Assembly (NCBI RefSeq): GCF_001194135.2
Contig: NC_069006.1
Location: 1,839,678 to 1,897,760, forward strand
DNA from: Octopus bimaculoides
Lineage: Eukaryota
DNA: 58,083 nucleotides
Direction of reading: 5' to 3'
The position numbers and the translations under genes are program-made. Positions 1-12,399 of this stretch are shown piece by piece. The stretch's first letter is position 1. Each line of letters starts with the position of its first letter. The notes beneath the pieces were generated by a model, which searched no databases, was not told the DNA's origin, and was given only the letters and a program-made list of their open reading frames with translations.

Positions 1-33
<33 letters not shown>

Positions 34-911
34 TATAGATATAGGACTTGTAACTGAAATTGGTATGCTAATTCTGTGCGGAAACTCATCGCGTAGAGAC
101 ATGGGTTTGCCATATGCGTGCGTGCGTACGTTTGTCTCTGTGTATTTGTATGTGCATGTTGTATGTATGTGCGTTTGCGTCTGTGTTTGAGTGTGTCTTT
201 GTGAAAGTCTTCCAATATATTTATTTAAAACTATTCTAAACGTAACTATTATTAATGTATGCTTTTATAGATAAGTATAAATAAATACAAATACATACAT
301 ACACACATATATACTTATGTATTTCGATACATTTCTACATAAATATTTATGCAAATATTTTCACACATCTATGAATACTTTATTGTATATAAAATATCAT
401 ATACTACGTCACATAGAAATCTTCTGCAAAGGTGGGATGGAACCTTTCAAATTAGATTAAGCAATAAAATTTAGCGAAAAAGAAGAAGCGTTCTTGAAGA
501 AACAAACTTTAAATGATACATTTGCTCATAGTATATTATATTTATTAATAGTGCAGAAAATCTGAAATAGATGGTTGTTGTATGTGTTGAAGCAGTAATT
601 GGATCACATCTGGTATATGGAATAATATTTCTAAACTCATTTTGCCATATATATATATGCATGTATGTATATATTTATGTATGTATGTGTGTGTATGTGT
701 GTGTGTGTGTGTGTTCATACACATATACCTATGTATAGGTATTTGTGTATAAGCATTTATGTATACAATGTGTATGTGCGTCTATATATATATATGCATG
801 TAAATATAAATATATATATATGTGTATATTAATAAATGTAAGCATATATAAATCATACTCGTTCATATGTGTGCTTTTTTGTATATATTAACACATGCAT
901 ATATATATACA

Positions 912-945
<34 letters not shown>

Positions 946-1530
946 NNNNNNNNNNNNNNNNNNNNNNNNNNNNNNNNNNNNNNNNNNNNNNNNNNNNNNN
1001 NNNNNNNNNNNNNNNNNNNNNNNNNNNNNNNNNNNNNNNNNNNNNNNNNNNNNNNNNNNNNNNNNNNNNNNNNNNNNNNNNNNNNNNNNNNNNNNNNATA
1101 AAATACATGCATAAATCTAGAAATTTTCCCCCATTATGCTAATAGCAATACGTTCCAACAACGCAACAAAATTTGCGATGGCTACATTTTATAATAGCCC
1201 CAATTTCCTCTCTTTTATCCTGAAAACATACGGGTGTTGTATTCGGGTGTCCCTTAGCACACTTCATTGATTTCTTCTTCCACCCCATATACATACAAAG
1301 AATGTTTCACAAGATATATTTTTATATTTAATTGCGCAGTCTTCTTTTGAGGTGTATATTTATTCGTTATTGTTTCATGTCGCTCACTATCACATTATCT
1401 CAAAATATAACATTCGTTTTACACAAAAATGTAACATACTTTATATGCGTGTATTCATGTTTGTTCGTATGAATGTCTGTGCATGTGGGGGTGTACATAC
1501 GTTTGTTCCTTTTTTTCTTCTATCTTTTAC

Positions 1531-1735
1531 CTTTTCCTTGTTTCAGGTATTAGACTGCGGCAACGCTGGAGCACCACTTCGGAGGGTTTTAACCGAACAA
1601 ATCAGCGCCAGTAATTATCTTTTGTAAAAAAAAAAAGTTCTAAATCTTATTCTATTATTGCCTTGTGCCGAATCACTAAATTGTGTAGCCGTAAACAAAC
1701 TAACAGCAGTTGACAAGCGAAGTGCGGGGAACATC
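1531..1735 (-). mobile_element. SINE family B, degraded 3' half
   Basis: Matches the 3' half of the full copies at 40925-41300 and 50445-50880 (ttgtttcag...gactgcggc...gctggagcacc...ttgacaagcg). Confidence 0.75.
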
Positions 1736-1834
1736 TACAAATACACACACACAATCATCTCCACACACACACATGAACACGTACAAACACATATATATTA
1801 ATATACACGAGTATCCTGTTGTGTGTTTATATTT

Positions 1835-2221
1835 CTTTTACTTTTATTTCTTTCTGTCTTTTGACTCTGGCCATGCTGGAGCACCACCTTGAAGGGTTTT
1901 TAGTCGAAAAATCGTCCTCAGGAGTTTTCAAAAAAGGCCTAGTACTCATTCTACTGGTCTCTCCTCGCCGGACCGCTAAGTTACGGGGACGTAAACATAC
2001 CAAAACCGGTTGTCAAGCGGTGCTGGTGAACAAACACAGACAAAGAACACACACATATATACGACGAGCTTCTTTCAGTTTCCGTCTAACAGGTCCACTC
2101 ACAAGGCTGTGGTCGACCCGAGGCTATAGTAGAAGACACCTGTCCAAGGCGTCATGCTCTGGGACTGAGCTCAGAACCATGAGGCTGGGAAGCAAGCTTC
2201 TTCCCACACGCTGCGCCTGTG
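1835..2221 (-). mobile_element. SINE family B, near full length (tRNA head, CORE-like segment, internal CA/TA microsatellite, 3' half)
   Basis: Co-linear with the 40925-41300 and 50445-50880 copies; minus strand gives a tRNA-like head, then CCTTGGACAGGTGTCTTCTACTATAGCCTCGGG and ...GACGGAAACTGAAAGAAGC. Confidence 0.88.
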
Positions 2222-2686
2222 CCAATGGATCACTCGGAAAGTCTGAGTTTCCCAGCAACGGAGTTTTGTTTCATGGGTTTTTTTCCGGTTATTTCGCATG
2301 CTTTCAACGAATGTGACATTGAAATCACGTGTAAACGGCTCCTTTCCCCCAAAAACGAAAGATTTGACTGCTATCCGTTGCACGTCCTGTTACCACGTAA
2401 CAGGTATTTCGCGTCCTTTATTCCAAATAGCTGTTACGTAGAAGCAGGACGTGCTAGAAATAGCAACCAAATCTTTGGAGCTGAAACACCTTGAATGCAC
2501 TCAACAAATTTTGTAATGGTGTTCCCTTGAGGTGATCTCTCGCTTTGACTCTCAGAACTGTCATCCGGATCAGCTGCTTTTGTTCGTTAATTTCCGAAGA
2601 AAATTTTTATTTAGTTAGTTTTGCTTTAAAGTGAAAAAGAAGAGAAAGTGAAAGATGTATGAACGTGTATATGAAATGGATGTATG

Positions 2687-2723
<37 letters not shown>

Positions 2724-3580
2724 AGAGAGAGAGAGAGTGCCACTTTCACATACATGAGAACACACACGTTCACTCACCTACTCTCTCCCTCTCTCTCTCT
2801 CTCTCACACACACATGTAAACGTACATACAAAAAAGATGTACTCATATGTACTGATGTGTGTATGTATACATGACAACACTCATTCTTTCTCACTCTTTC
2901 TCACTCTCTCTCTCTTTTTCTCTCCCCCTCTCTCTCTCTCTCTCTTTCACACACACACGTCCATTTCATATCCACGTACATACATCTTTCACTATGTTAA
3001 TTCTTTCATTTTAAATCAAAAGTAAATAAATAAAGATTTTTACGGAAATTAACGACTTGAAAATAATTTTAGAAAAACATTAATTTATTGTCTGTTTAAA
3101 GAAAGCTCAAATATAAGTACTTACTGTACAAACAACTTACATTTTTGAAATCACATTCAATTAAAGATATTTCTAAATGATCAAAATATTGTGTACGTCA
3201 AGAAGTCGACGCTTTTTTTTCTGAGAAAGCGCAAAGACTATGTGTATGTATATGTCACAGATAGCGTACGTGTGTTTGCGTTGATTGACACGCCATGACA
3301 TTCATTATATGAGTTTGTATTCTGTATGTGTGTATGTGTGTTGACGTCACGGAAGCCATGTTTCTTTTCTGTCAAGAAATAACCCAAAAAATGTGTTTTC
3401 TCATTTTCATTAATAAATAGAGGTCCAAATGTCACAAAAATCTGTACTGTCCTGCTGAAGGTAAGTATAAAAATAAATATGCAAAAATTCAGATAAAATA
3501 TACTATTTCTGAGATATTTCGGGTCCAGACAAACATCCCTAGTTTTAGCATTATGAAGATAAATATATACAAATTATAAA

Positions 3581-3612
<32 letters not shown>

Positions 3613-3830
3613 NNNNNNNNNNNNNNNNNNNNNNNNNNNNNNNNNNNNNNNNNNNNNNNNNNNNNNNNNNNNNNNNNNNNNNNNNNNNNNNNNNNNNNNN
3701 NNNNNNNNNNNNNNNNNNNNNNNNNNNNNNNNNNNNNNNNNNNNNNNNNNNNNNNNNNNNNNNNNNNNNNNNNNNNNNNNNNNNNNNNNNNNNNNNNNNN
3801 NNNNNNNNNNNNNNNNNNNNNNNNNNNNNN

Positions 3831-3861
<31 letters not shown>

Positions 3862-3894
3862 TGTATATATATCGCATTCCTACATACGCGCAAA

Positions 3895-4005
3895 TAGGAT
3901 GTGCTTCTTTCACTTTTCGTCTACCAAATTTACTCGCAAAGTTTTGATCGTCCCGGGGTTACATTTGAAGACAGTTATCCAAGGTGGGATTGAGCCGGAA
4001 GCCTT
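3895..4005 (-). mobile_element. SINE family B, old degraded 5' half
   Basis: cttctttcacttttcgtctaccaaatttactcgcaaagtttt...ccaaggtg aligns loosely with the family B segment cttctttcagtttccgtctaccaaatccactcacaaggcttt. Confidence 0.6.
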
Positions 4006-4039
4006 GTGAGAAAGGCTATATTGGAGAAAGGGTGGACAG

Positions 4040-4355
4040 TCATTGAGACACACAAACTTCTTGGGAAAGCCACCAGGAGGAAAAGAGTGAAAAAGAATGT
4101 GAAAACGACTTACATTTACCATGACGATCGACACATCATGCATTTTTTGCTAACAATCATAAAATCAGTTGTCTTCTACCTCAACTGTACGCCCTGGATC
4201 TGGAATCCTCCGACTTCACACCATTTCGGTTTTAAAATGGACAGTGTTGGGAAGTGGATACAATGATATATACTTTTTTTTTAAGGAAGATATTTGAAGG
4301 TTGGGTTTACGGATCAGGCAAATGCTTCACTTGTAACGGTCCCAATGTTGAGGTG
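4040..4355 (+). pseudogene. Heavily degraded mariner (DD34D-type) transposase C-terminal remnant
   Basis: Frame-broken translation: KATRRKRVKKNVKTTYIYHDDRHIMH (cf. xxHHDNARPH), then LLPQLYALDLESSDFTPFRF (cf. VLPHPPYSPDLAPSDFHLF), then GKCFTCNGPNVE (cf. RWxKCxxxNGxYVE); the motifs are in the correct order. Confidence 0.55.
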
Positions 4356-4427
4356 TGCTTTTGTATAGACGAAGAATTATTCTACCACAGGAAAGAATTT
4401 GAGTGAGCGATACCAATTGATAAAATA

Positions 4428-4650
4428 GTTGCCACGCTGTGGAACTGAACCCAGTAGCATTTGGTCGGGAAAGAATCTTCTTATCACGCTGGGATCGATT
4501 ACATCGACTGATCTCTTCTCACCAAAAAATTGAGCCTCTAAACGGCCAGCTGGCAGAATCGTTAATAAAATAGTTGTCACGCTGTGGAACTGAACCCGGT
4601 ACCATGTGGTCAGGAAAGAAGCTTCTTAACACACAGCCACGCCTGCGACT
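4428..4650 (-). mobile_element. Two tandem SINE-B tRNA-head fragments
   Basis: atagttg(c/t)cacgctgtggaactgaaccc(a/g)gta(g/c)cat(t/g)tggtc(g/a)ggaaagaa occurs at about 4433 and 4571; it is the reverse complement of the family B head. Confidence 0.7.
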
Positions 4651-5139
4651 ATATCACTCGTAATTTCTTACCGATCTATTCTTCTTGGTAGGCAAAAATT
4701 TTAATGTCTTATTGTTTTGTTTTTTCTTTAAAGAGAAACCCGATATTGTTGAATGTCTGGAGACGACGTAAATATAAATTACAGTTGTTATAATTGAAGA
4801 TGACTGCGCATTCAAAATAAAGGAGAACTCTATTGTCAAGAGAGTTAGAACGGTATTATTTTGCTTAGTAGAAGGTCAGCCATGATCAACCAGTCCTAGG
4901 ATAAAGGCTTTTCAACCGTGACCATCCTATATACATCACTACCCCAATCTCCACCTCCACCGTCACAACTGTCATCATCACCACCACCGCCACCACCACC
5001 ATTATCTTCGTCTACCCCTTCTATCCCTCTTCGCTTTTTATTCTCTTCCCCCCCCACCCTCGTCTCCTTATTCCTCACTACTGTTTCTTGGCGCCAAGTG
5101 AGGGTGTGCGGCTTAGTGAACAAGGGTTTCGGCTATCGA

Positions 5140-5227
5140 TCACAAGGCCTGAAATTTGAGGGAGGGGGATAGTGAATTATATCGTTCTCAGTACTCAACT
5201 GGTACTTAATTTATTGATCTCGAAGGG
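5140..5227 (-). mobile_element. SINE family A 3' fragment running into a gap
   Basis: acaaggcctgaaattt...aactggtacttaatttattgatctcgaagg is the reverse complement of the family A body and tail. Confidence 0.6.
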
Positions 5228-5565
5228 NNNNNNNNNNNNNNNNNNNNNNNNNNNNNNNNNNNNNNNNNNNNNNNNNNNNNNNNNNNNNNNNNNNNNNNNN
5301 NNNNNNNNNNNNNNNNNNNNNNNNNNNNNNNNNNNNNNNNNNNNNNNNNNNNNNNNNNNNNNNNNNNNNNNNNNNNNNNNNNNNNNNNNNNNNNNNNNNN
5401 NNNNNNNNNNNNNNNNNNNNNNNNNNNNNNNNNNNNNNNNNNNNNNNNNNNNNNNNNNNNNNNNNNNNNNNNNNNNNNNNNNNNNNNNNNNNNNNNNNNN
5501 NNNNNNNNNNNNNNNNNNNNNNNNNNNNNNNNNNNNNNNNNNNNNNNNNNNNNNNNNNNNNNNNN

Positions 5566-5832
5566 CAGGAGATGGTGGCGAACCTTGCTGTACTCTTTCA
5601 TCACAACTTTCTCTCACTCTTTCTTCCTGTTTCTGTTGTACCTGTAATTCAAAGGGGCCAGCCATGTCACATTCTGTCTCACGCTGAATCTCCCCGAGAA
5701 CTACGTTAAGGGTACACGTGTCTGTGGAGTGCTCAGCCACTTGCACGTTAATTTCACGAGCAGGCTGTTCCGTTGATTGTGTCAACTGGAACCCTCGTCG
5801 TCGTAACCGACGGAATGCCAACAACAACAACT
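5566..5832 (+). mobile_element. SINE family C, 3' portion with (CAA)n tail
   Basis: Same body as 20318-20683 (gtcacgctgaatctccccgagaactacgttaagggtacacgtgtctgtggagtgctcagccacttgcacg...gtaaccgacgga), ending in acaacaacaac. Confidence 0.88.
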
Positions 5833-7679
5833 TGAAACTGATAGATATTAGTAATTTGTTATGTGCTCAAAGCAAAAAATTAATACCGCTAATTATCTTA
5901 AATTTATACTTTAAATTACAAAATTACATATCTTGAAAACTATTCGAATCACTTGCTTAGTTTGATTTCAATGCACTAATTAACTTTTTAAATAAATTGT
6001 ATACACCTATTTATTATATAATTTTTTTTTTTTTTTTTTGGTAATTTAAATTTTACCGTTCTTGTTTAGGAAGGAAATATCGTGGAAGCTTTGATTATAA
6101 CTTGACTAAATAATTAATTAAAATAAACTTATTTTCATGTTAATTTTTGAATTATATTATTTATTTTTGAATCATGGATTTAATTAAATCAGCACATAAA
6201 ACTTTTCTTAACTATCATAGAAGAAGAGAATGGACTAAGCGGAGCAGGAGCACTCACGTGGAAGGAAAGTGTAGCTGAAGAGGTCACAGATGTGTGACGA
6301 AAGATTTCTAGGCAATGGCCATGAGGTAGAATAAGAACAGCAATAAACGAATGAAGAATGAATATATTGTGTTTGTGTTTATTTGGCAAAAAGAAAAAAA
6401 AACTATGACCAACCTGAAATCCAACAATATCTGTTTCAACACGCGGTTTCACATCAGGAATTTTGCAACACAAATTCATAAGCGTAATATTTCAGCATAC
6501 ATGCATGCATACATACAAACATATATACATATATATATATATATATANNNNNNNNNNNNNNNNNNNNNNNNNNNNNNNNNNNNNNNNNNNNNNNNNNNNN
6601 NNNNNNNNNNNNNNNNNNNNNNNNNNNNNNNNNNNNNNNNNNNNNNNNNNNNNNNNNNNNNNNNNNNNNNNNNNNNNNNNNNNNNNNNNNNNNNNNNNNN
6701 NNNNNNNNNNNNNNNNNNNNNNNNNNNNNNNNNNNNNNNNNNNNNNNNNNNNNNNNNNNNNNNNNNNNNNNNNNNNNNNNNNNNNNNNNNNNNNNNNNNN
6801 NNNNNNNNNNNNNNNNNNNNNNNNNNNNNNNNNNNNNNNNNNNNNNNNNNNNNNNNNNNNNNNNNNNNNNNNNNNNNNNNNNNNNNNNNNNNNNNNNNNN
6901 NNNNNNNNNNNNNNNNNNNNNNNNNNNNNNNNNNNNNNNNNNNNNNNNNNNNNNNNNNNNNNNNNNNNNNNNNNNNNNNNNNNNNNNNNNNNNNNNNNNN
7001 NNNNNNNNNNNNNNNNNNNNNNNNNNNNNNNNNNNNNNNNNNNNNNNNNNNNNNNNNNNNNNNNNNNNNNNNNNNNNNNNNNNNNNNNNNNNNNNNNNNN
7101 NNNNNNNNNNNNNNNNNNNNNNNNNNNNNNNNNNNNNNNNNNNNNNNNNNNNNNNNNNNNNNNNNNNNNNNNNNNNNNNNNNNNNNNNNNNNNNNNNNNN
7201 NNNNNNNNNNNNNNNNNNNNNNNNNNNNNNNNNNNNNNNNNNNNNNNNNNNNNNNNNNNNNNNNNNNNNNNNNNNNNNNNNNNNNNNNNNNNNNNNNNNN
7301 NNNNNNNNNNNNNNNNNNTTTTGTTTTGATAAAATAATTCTTAGAAAAAACATCTTTCTTTTAGAACCCGAGAACAAATAATTAATATTAGTCAGATGGG
7401 AAACCTAAAACCGGAAATTCATCAGATTATTTCGCACAATTGCTGTAATAAATTTGAAATAATTAACCTCGCCAACTTATTTGAGTGCAACAAACGAACC
7501 CCGTGTACCTCGTACATGTATTTTGACTGAGTTATTTTCATTTATAGGCTTGACACTAAATTCTGTTAAACATCGAACTAAACAAACTTATTTTCGTCGC
7601 TTTGAGACCGCGACCTGTTCACTGACAAAGTTCTGTGTTGCATCTCTTATTTAATCTTTTATTCTTTGATTCACTTATT

Positions 7680-8235
7680 CTTGTATTTGTTTCAGTCGAG
7701 CGACCGTGCTGGAGCACCGACTTAAAGTGTTTTATTCAGTCGAAGGAATCGATCCCAGGACTTATTCTTTGCAATCCGAGCACTTATTCTGTCGGTCATA
7801 TTTTGTCAAAACCGCTAGGTTACGTGAACGTAAACACACCAACATCGGTTGTCAAGAAACGATGGTGTCAAGGCGGTGAGCTGGCAGAATCGTTAGCACG
7901 CCGGGCGAAATGCTTAGCAGGTATTTCGTCTGTCTTTACGTTCTGAGTTCAAACGCTGCCGAGGTCGACTTTGCCTTTCATCCTTTCAGGGTAGATAAAT
8001 TAAGTACCAGTTACGCACTGGGGTCGATGTAATCTACTTAATCCGTTTGTCTATCCTTGTTTGTCACCTATGTGTTTAGCCCCTTGTGGGCAATAAAGAA
8101 ATAAGAAGCGATGGTGGGGGAGCAAATACTGACACAAAGACGCACACACCTATATACATATCCATACATATGGGCTTCTTTCAGTTTCCGTCTGCCAAAT
8201 CCTCTCACAAGCCTTTCGTAAGCCCAAGACTATGC
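7680..8235 (-). mobile_element. SINE family B interrupted by a family A insertion
   Basis: B sequence at 7680-7867 resumes at 8106-8235 after an intervening A element. Confidence 0.8.
7868..8105 (+). mobile_element. SINE family A, full length, with target-site duplication
   Basis: A-box-like TGGCAGAATCG and B-box-like GAGTTCAAA; body gaggtcgactttgcctttcatcctttc...; tail gtgggcaataaagaaataag; flanked by aaacgatggtg (7857-7867) and aagcgatggtg (8106-8116). Confidence 0.9.
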
Positions 8236-8389
8236 ATTTCGCCGGGCTAAAGTTGGTAAGATTTTATTATAGGTACGATCTTAAACATCAATCAGAACAC
8301 ATCTTATAATAGTTGGGATGGTGTTGGATTCAAGATCTACATCACGATTTATGGGAGAATTAGATGTTGTGCAATGAAATGTCATGCAG

Positions 8390-8530
8390 TGTCCGTCTGT
8401 CTACGAAATTCACTCACAAGATTCATCGGTCGGTAGTTATACTGGAAGATACGTGCCTGAGGTACTACTTTGTGGGTGTGGATTTGTAAGCGTATGGTGG
8501 CAAGGCCAGCTTCTCAACTACACACCCGCA
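8390..8530 (-). mobile_element. SINE family B, degraded 5' half
   Basis: cagtgtccgtctgtctacgaaattcactcacaagattcatcggtcgg...ggaagatacgtgcctgaggt...cttctcaactacacacccgc. Confidence 0.6.
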
Positions 8531-8623
8531 TAAACATATATGTATTTGTCTCTTTGTCTATCTGTCTAACTAGCTAGCTATGGATCGATTTATATGTAGC
8601 TAGATAGATAGACAGCTAGATAA

Positions 8624-8670
<47 letters not shown>
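8624..8670. repeat. (GATA)n microsatellite (one of many; others at 22628-22681, 24491-24525, 30503-30573, 56218-56370)
   Basis: Read directly from the sequence. Confidence 0.97.
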
Positions 8671-9608
8671 TTGATAGAGATATATCGGTGTCAATATTAT
8701 TTATGCTATATAATTTCTAATTTCCAATGAAATGAAATTGAACGGTGAATATAATTAGGTTAATTTCTAGAGGAGTAAACATAAACGTTTTTTTAATGGT
8801 AATTAGATTTAATTAGAGTCTTATTGCAACAGAAAACAACACAGACATACAGAATTACAGACAGTCAGACACACAGTCATATATATATATATATATATAT
8901 ANNNNNNNNNNNNNNNNNNNNNNNNNNNNNNNNNNNNNNNNNNNNNNNNNNNNNNNNNNNNNNNNNNNNNNNNNNNNNNNNNNNNNNNNNNNNNNNNNNN
9001 NNNNNNNNNNNNNNNNNNNNNNNNNNNNNNNNNNNNNNNNNNNNNNNNNNNNNNNNNNNNNNNNNNNNNNNNNNNNNNNNNNNNNNNNNNNNNNNNNNNN
9101 NNNNNNNNNNNNNNNNNNNNNNNNNNNNNNNNNNNNNNNNNNNNNNNNNNNNNNNNNNNNNNNNNNNNNNNNNNNNNNNNNNNNNNNNNNNNNNNNNNNN
9201 NNNNNNNNNNNNNNNNNNNNNNNNNNNNNNNNNNNNNNNNNNNNNNNNNNNNNNNNNNNNNNNNNNNNNNNNNNNNNNNNNNNNNNNNNNNNNNNNNNNN
9301 NNNNNNNNNNNNNNNNNNNNNNNNNNNNNNNNNNNNNNNNNNNNNNNNNNNNNNNNNNNNNNNNNNNNNNNNNNNNNNNNNNNNNNNNNNNNNNNNNNNN
9401 NNNNNNNNNNNNNNNNNNNNNNNNNNNNNNNNNNNNNNNNNNNNNNNNNNNNNNNNNNNNNNNNNNNNNNNNNNNNNNATATATATGTGTGTGTATGTAT
9501 GTGTGTGTGTATGTGTGTAGACATACACTTTGTATTTTGTTTGTTCTGCATTAAGTTAATGAACATATATGAACGTCAGCCTCTACATGGGTACATGTGT
9601 GCATGCCT

Positions 9609-9662
<54 letters not shown>

Positions 9663-9884
9663 GCAGAAACAACGACAGTAACGCGAACAACATCAACGGT
9701 TTCTGTACACAAGACGATGTCTACAACATTAGCTTTAATTTGAACACAGCCTGCTTCTTGTACTTTAAGCAAGTTACTAATGTCTCCTGAGAATTGAGAA
9801 TTCTCTGCCATGACGAACTTGTAATGGAATTAATATAGATTGCAAAAAATTCGATGATTTTAATAATTATAATGTTTGGTAATG

Positions 9885-9911
9885 TTAATAATAATAATAA
9901 TAATAATAATA

Positions 9912-9947
<36 letters not shown>
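9885..9947. repeat. (TAA)n(TGA)n compound microsatellite at the 5' junction of the R4/Dong fragment
   Basis: Read directly from the sequence. Confidence 0.95.
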
Positions 9948-9949
9948 GT

Positions 9950-11345
9950 TGCCAAATGAGCAGAAGGGTTTCAAGCGTAGGTGCAGAGGTACCGAGGATC
10001 AACTCCTGGTAGATAAAACTGTACTTAGAGACTGCAAGAGGAGGAAAAGTAACTTAGCCATGTCATAGATCGAATATCGTAAGGCGTACGATAAGATCTC
10101 ACATTTTTGGATTATGGAATATATGAACCTGTTTCGTATTGCATCGAATATTGAGCGATAGCTTGGAAAAACTATGGCGAAGTGGAGGACGGAACTGACG
10201 ACATGTGAAAGAAGTTTGGGGACAGTAGAAATCAAGAGAGGCATCTTCCAAGGGGACTGCCTGTCTCCATCGGTCTTTGTATTGTGCATGATACCACTAA
10301 CACTGATTCTGAGGAAAGCAAATGCTGGGTATGTATTCAAAAGCCGCCAACAAAAATTCAACCATTTGTTATTCATGGATGACCTCAAACATTATGGTAA
10401 AGATGGATCCCAAGTCAGTTCCCTCGTTGATACGGAGTATACCTTCAGTGCTGATATCAGAATGGACTTTGGACTGAGAAAGTGTGGTGTGTTAGTCTTG
10501 AAGAGAAGCAAAATCAAATGTATGGACGGGCTAACGATACCGCTGGGGGAGGTGATAAAGCAGATAGAAGAGACGGGCTATAAATAGTTGGAGATTTTCG
10601 AAATGGATAAATTGATGGAGAAAGAAATGACAGAAAAATTTGAGGTGGAGTACTTGCGCAGACTGAGACTGATACGTAAGTCGAAATTAAACGGACGGAA
10701 TAAGATTGAAGCTATCAACTCCTGGACGGTTTCACTACTTAGATATGGAGCAGGGGTAATCGAACTAAATAGCTTAGACAGAAAGACGAGGAAATTGCTG
10801 GCTAGATATGGGATATTCCACCCAAAAAGTGACACAGACAGAGTGTAAGTACCAAGAAAAAGAGGGGGAAAAGCAGAAGAAAAACAACATAGCATGGTAT
10901 ATAAAAAAATGCCATAGAATAGCTATTAAGTGACAAGTGCAGAATTCGTAAACAAAATAGTGAAACCGTGTGGCATATTATCAGTCAATGTATGCCAGTA
11001 GCCCAGAAAGAATATAAGAGACGTCATGACAACATAGCAAGGATTGTCCATTGGACACTTTGCAACAAGTATGGACTTGACAGAGTAAAAAAGTGGTATG
11101 AACATAAACCCGAAGGCATCATCGAAAATGATAATGCAAAACTCCTATGAGATTTTATGATTCAGTGCGACCATGAGATAGAGAATAGGAAACCAGACAT
11201 AGTGCTAATTGAGAAAGAAAGCAAACGATGCTGAATCATAGATATAGCATGCCCAGCTGACAACAAGGTATGCGATAAGGAAGAAAGAAAAGTTGAGAGA
11301 TATGACAGGTTAGCTTGGGAAGTTAAGTAGTTGTGGCCGATGAAA
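9950..11345 (+). mobile_element. Non-LTR retrotransposon of the R4/Dong clade (RT, CCHC, restriction-like endonuclease); 5'- and 3'-truncated, with stops and frameshifts
   Basis: From 9961 in frame: [66 protein letters not shown] (RT motifs), then HIISQC..YKRRHDNIARIVHW, and DFMIQCDHEIENRKPDIVLIEKESKRC*IIDIACPADNKV..KVERYDRLAWEVK (PD..D RLE motif). Confidence 0.9.
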
Positions 11346-11489
11346 TGTGATTTAAACCTGGAAACGGAGGCTCTAAGCTGTTCTATGGTTGTTTGCATTC
11401 TAGGTTCACCTTTTATCTCACTGAGATCGATAAATACAATAGTAGTCAAGTACTGGGATCGAATTTTGTCCCGGGGTGGTGGTAGGAAG

Positions 11490-11650
11490 CCAGAATCGTT
11501 GGAGCATCACTCACAATGTGCTTCGTATCAATTGTTATGGTTATTTACGTTCCGAGTTCAAATTATTTAGTAAGGTCAATTTTTACCTTTCATCTCTCCG
11601 GAATCGGTAAATAATGTCGCTGCTATCAGTCAAGTACTAGCATCGATGTT
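11490..11650 (+). mobile_element. SINE family A, old degraded copy
   Basis: gccagaatcgttggagca...ttacgttccgagttcaaatt...aaggtcaatttttacctttcatc...agtcaagtactagcatcgatg. Confidence 0.55.
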
Positions 11651-11804
11651 TCTCAAAGACGATGGACAGTTGAAGGAATCGTTAAATAAAATGTTTTGTA
11701 ACCTATTAGTTCCGCCAATTTGAATTTTGAGCTCCAAAACTATTGGGACAACGTCGTTTAATTTTTCATCCTTCTATAAATAAATAAATAAATAAATAAA
11801 TATG

Positions 11805-11935
11805 CGGTCACGTGATTTCGATTTCAGTCGCATTGCGCGGCATCTTGGGCAAGTGGCTTCTAGTACAGCTCCAGCCTGACCCGTATCTTGTCAGTAGATT
11901 TGGTTGGCGCAGGCTGCTTGGAAGCCCGTCAAACG
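11805..11935 (+). mobile_element. SINE family B, degraded 5' half
   Basis: ttcagtcgcattgcgcggcatcttgggcaagtggcttctagtacagc...agatttggttggcgcagg...gaagcccgtc, followed by the family's internal CA/TA microsatellite. Confidence 0.7.
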
Positions 11936-11944
11936 TGTATGTAT

Positions 11945-11983
<39 letters not shown>

Positions 11984-12399
11984 NNNNNNNNNNATATATA
12001 TATATATATATACATACATATGTATATATATATAAATACGTATGAATATATATATATATATATGTACACGCTCACATCGGCCATTTTGTAGCTTTATCAC
12101 TGATTGGCGCCATTTTGCCTGCAAGTCGTTAAGTTCTCTCTGGCAATAATTTGGTTTCCGTTAGCTTCTCTTCTATTCCTATTGAAATTCTTCCCTCATG
12201 CCGACTGACAGTTCAATGTGTTGGAATCAGCACCAGACTGGAATAACCAATGACTCGAACACCAAAGAAATAAACAAATAAACAAACAAATAAATAAAGA
12301 ACAGACAAATGATTAACAAAGAAATAAAGAAAAAACAAATGAACAAATTTTGAAGATCTTCGTTGTTGACTTCTGATTTTTTTGTTTCTTTATTTATAT

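Noticed and set aside
2221-2600. Complex segment with faint piggyBac-like peptide on the minus strand (IWNKGREIPV..FVESMRNNRK) and a 91-aa plus-strand ORF
   Set aside because: The resemblance is too weak and broken by stops; no TTAA/TIR was found; a profile search is needed.
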